Assembly (NCBI GenBank): GCA_951406725.2
Contig: OX597836.1
Location: 21,328,001 to 21,392,000, forward strand
Direction of reading: 5' to 3'
Origin: Octopus vulgaris
Lineage: Eukaryota
DNA length: 64,000 nucleotides
The translations under genes were made by a program, and so were the position numbers. Positions 62,141 to 64,000 of this stretch are shown here, one piece after another. Every line of letters begins with the position of its first letter. Position 1 is the stretch's first letter. Below the pieces are notes generated by a model. The model was not told the DNA's origin and ran no database searches. It saw only the letters and a program-made list of their open reading frames with translations.

Positions 62141-62739
62141 CGACTATCGATTATTGATAAAATAATGCATACTTATGTTTTGAGTCTTATTTTCCCATTT
62201 GCATCACCACACACACACACACACACACGCACGCGCGCGCGCACACACACACGCGCGCGTACACACACACACACGCGCGTGTGTGTGTGTATAAATACAT
62301 GTATAGATAACCTACCTTTTGCGTCACCCCCGCCCCTTTACTGTCACCCGTTATTTGCACTAATATAAATTAATTTATTTCTAATTGTTACAATCGATAG
62401 CACTTTCGAATTGCGGTAATTAATCAGTTTTGGAAGGGGGGTTATGAGGGGGGATGGGCAGGAGACGTGAATTATACGAGTTAAATATATTGTTAAAAAA
62501 GAAATAGAAGTGCAATCGAAAATATTGACTGCTGCTTTTCCCAGGTTTAATTACACCATCATCATCATCATCATCATCATCACCATCTATGCATATGTAT
62601 GTATCCATATATACATATGCGTATACGCACACACACACAACACACATGCATATATATGCAATTTATTACGGGTTATGACTCGTAACTGGCCCGAACGAGT
62701 TTTTATTTCTGACTTACGGACAAAAAGATTGATATTTAT

Positions 62740-62742
62740 GTG

Positions 62743-62819
<77 letters not shown>

Positions 62820-62937
62820 ATATATATATATACATGTGTATATATATATATACATGTGTGTGTATATATATATATATATATATACATGTGTATATATATA
62901 TGTATATATATGTGTGTATATATAGATATGTATGTAT

Positions 62938-62977
<40 letters not shown>

Positions 62978-63022
62978 GTGTATATATATATATATATAGT
63001 ATATGTGTGTATATATAGATAT

Positions 63023-63059
<37 letters not shown>

Positions 63060-63140
63060 AGTATATATAAATAAATATAAATATATATATAAATAAATAA
63101 ATAAATAAATAATATGTACATATATATATATGTATATATT
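62740..63140. repeat. (CA)n/(TA)n microsatellite block
   Basis: Direct inspection. Confidence 0.95.
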
Positions 63141-63383
63141 TATGTCTTTGTATTGTGAGAAATATTTTTATGAATAAATAACGCTGTAAAATGTTTCAAA
63201 TATACATTCCCACCGTTCGTGTTCACTCTCTAAATCTTAAATACGCATACATCGATTCGTGAGAGTGTATATATATGTACTTATATATATATATGAATCA
63301 TAGACACTGCCGTGTCAACTCACGTAATACAAACACCGGTATATATAGCTACACACACACACACATTGATTTACACCCACAAT

Positions 63384-63420
<37 letters not shown>

Positions 63421-64000
63421 CTTAAATTCTCTCTCACACACGCACAAAAATCTACACACATTTACACATACATGTATATATGCGCTTAGAACACCACATA
63501 CATACATACACGTACATTAATACATAGATACACTTACACACCACACGTCTATAGACGATTATATCCACACCTACCCGTATTAATATAAAGCAGGGAACAA
63601 CACACATATACATATATATATGAACACGTTCGTATATACACATAATACACATGATATATATGCGTTTATATCAACACAAATGCATATATCGATAGAAAGA
63701 GAAACATATGTACGTACACTCACATATATACACACACGCTAAATACATTTATACATACCTCACACACTAATAAACACATATGTGTATATATATACGTACT
63801 AACATATATAAAAATACGCATACACCATGTATATGTATGTGTGTGTGTACACGCAATATACACAAAATGAACAAACATACAATAAATGAATACGTATACA
63901 CGATGTACAAATACAACACACGCACATAAATATATATATATATACATATATATATACATACACAAACGCATACGCAATATACACATATACATGTACACGA

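Overview
AT-rich eukaryotic (metazoan) DNA dense in microsatellites and transposons. The SINE/RTE repeat families look like those of Octopus (inferred from recall, not searched). Three protein-coding genes are supported. (1) The first four coding exons of MPP10/MPHOSPH10 on the minus strand (10116-10192, 5066-5870, 2811-2923, 58-145); the gene continues off the left edge. (2) A two-coding-exon RNF146/Iduna RING-WWE E3 ligase on the plus strand (14088-14193 + 18135-18838), divergent from MPP10. (3) An intronless ankyrin-repeat/SOCS-box (ASB-type) gene (41249-42397). The rest is tRNA-derived SINEs, fragments of RTE, CR1, Hero-like and Penelope-like retroelements, Helitrons, Tc1/mariner, maT, Tigger, piggyBac, hAT and Merlin-like elements or MITEs, and simple repeats; most short ORFs in the track are repeat artefacts. 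Four things stand out. (a) A canonical-core minimal hammerhead ribozyme lies in the sense strand of MPP10 intron 1, inside an inverted repeat with a second copy. (b) A dispersed repeat carries a hammerhead-like motif with a non-canonical CUGUNGA-A core. (c) At least nine fold-back inverted duplications (35-240 bp arms) occur in the first 29 kb, several with microhomology or locally templated loops. (d) A SINE forms head-to-tail multimers with the same junction at independent loci. Repeat boundaries are approximate (read by eye); exon and palindrome coordinates were checked base by base.
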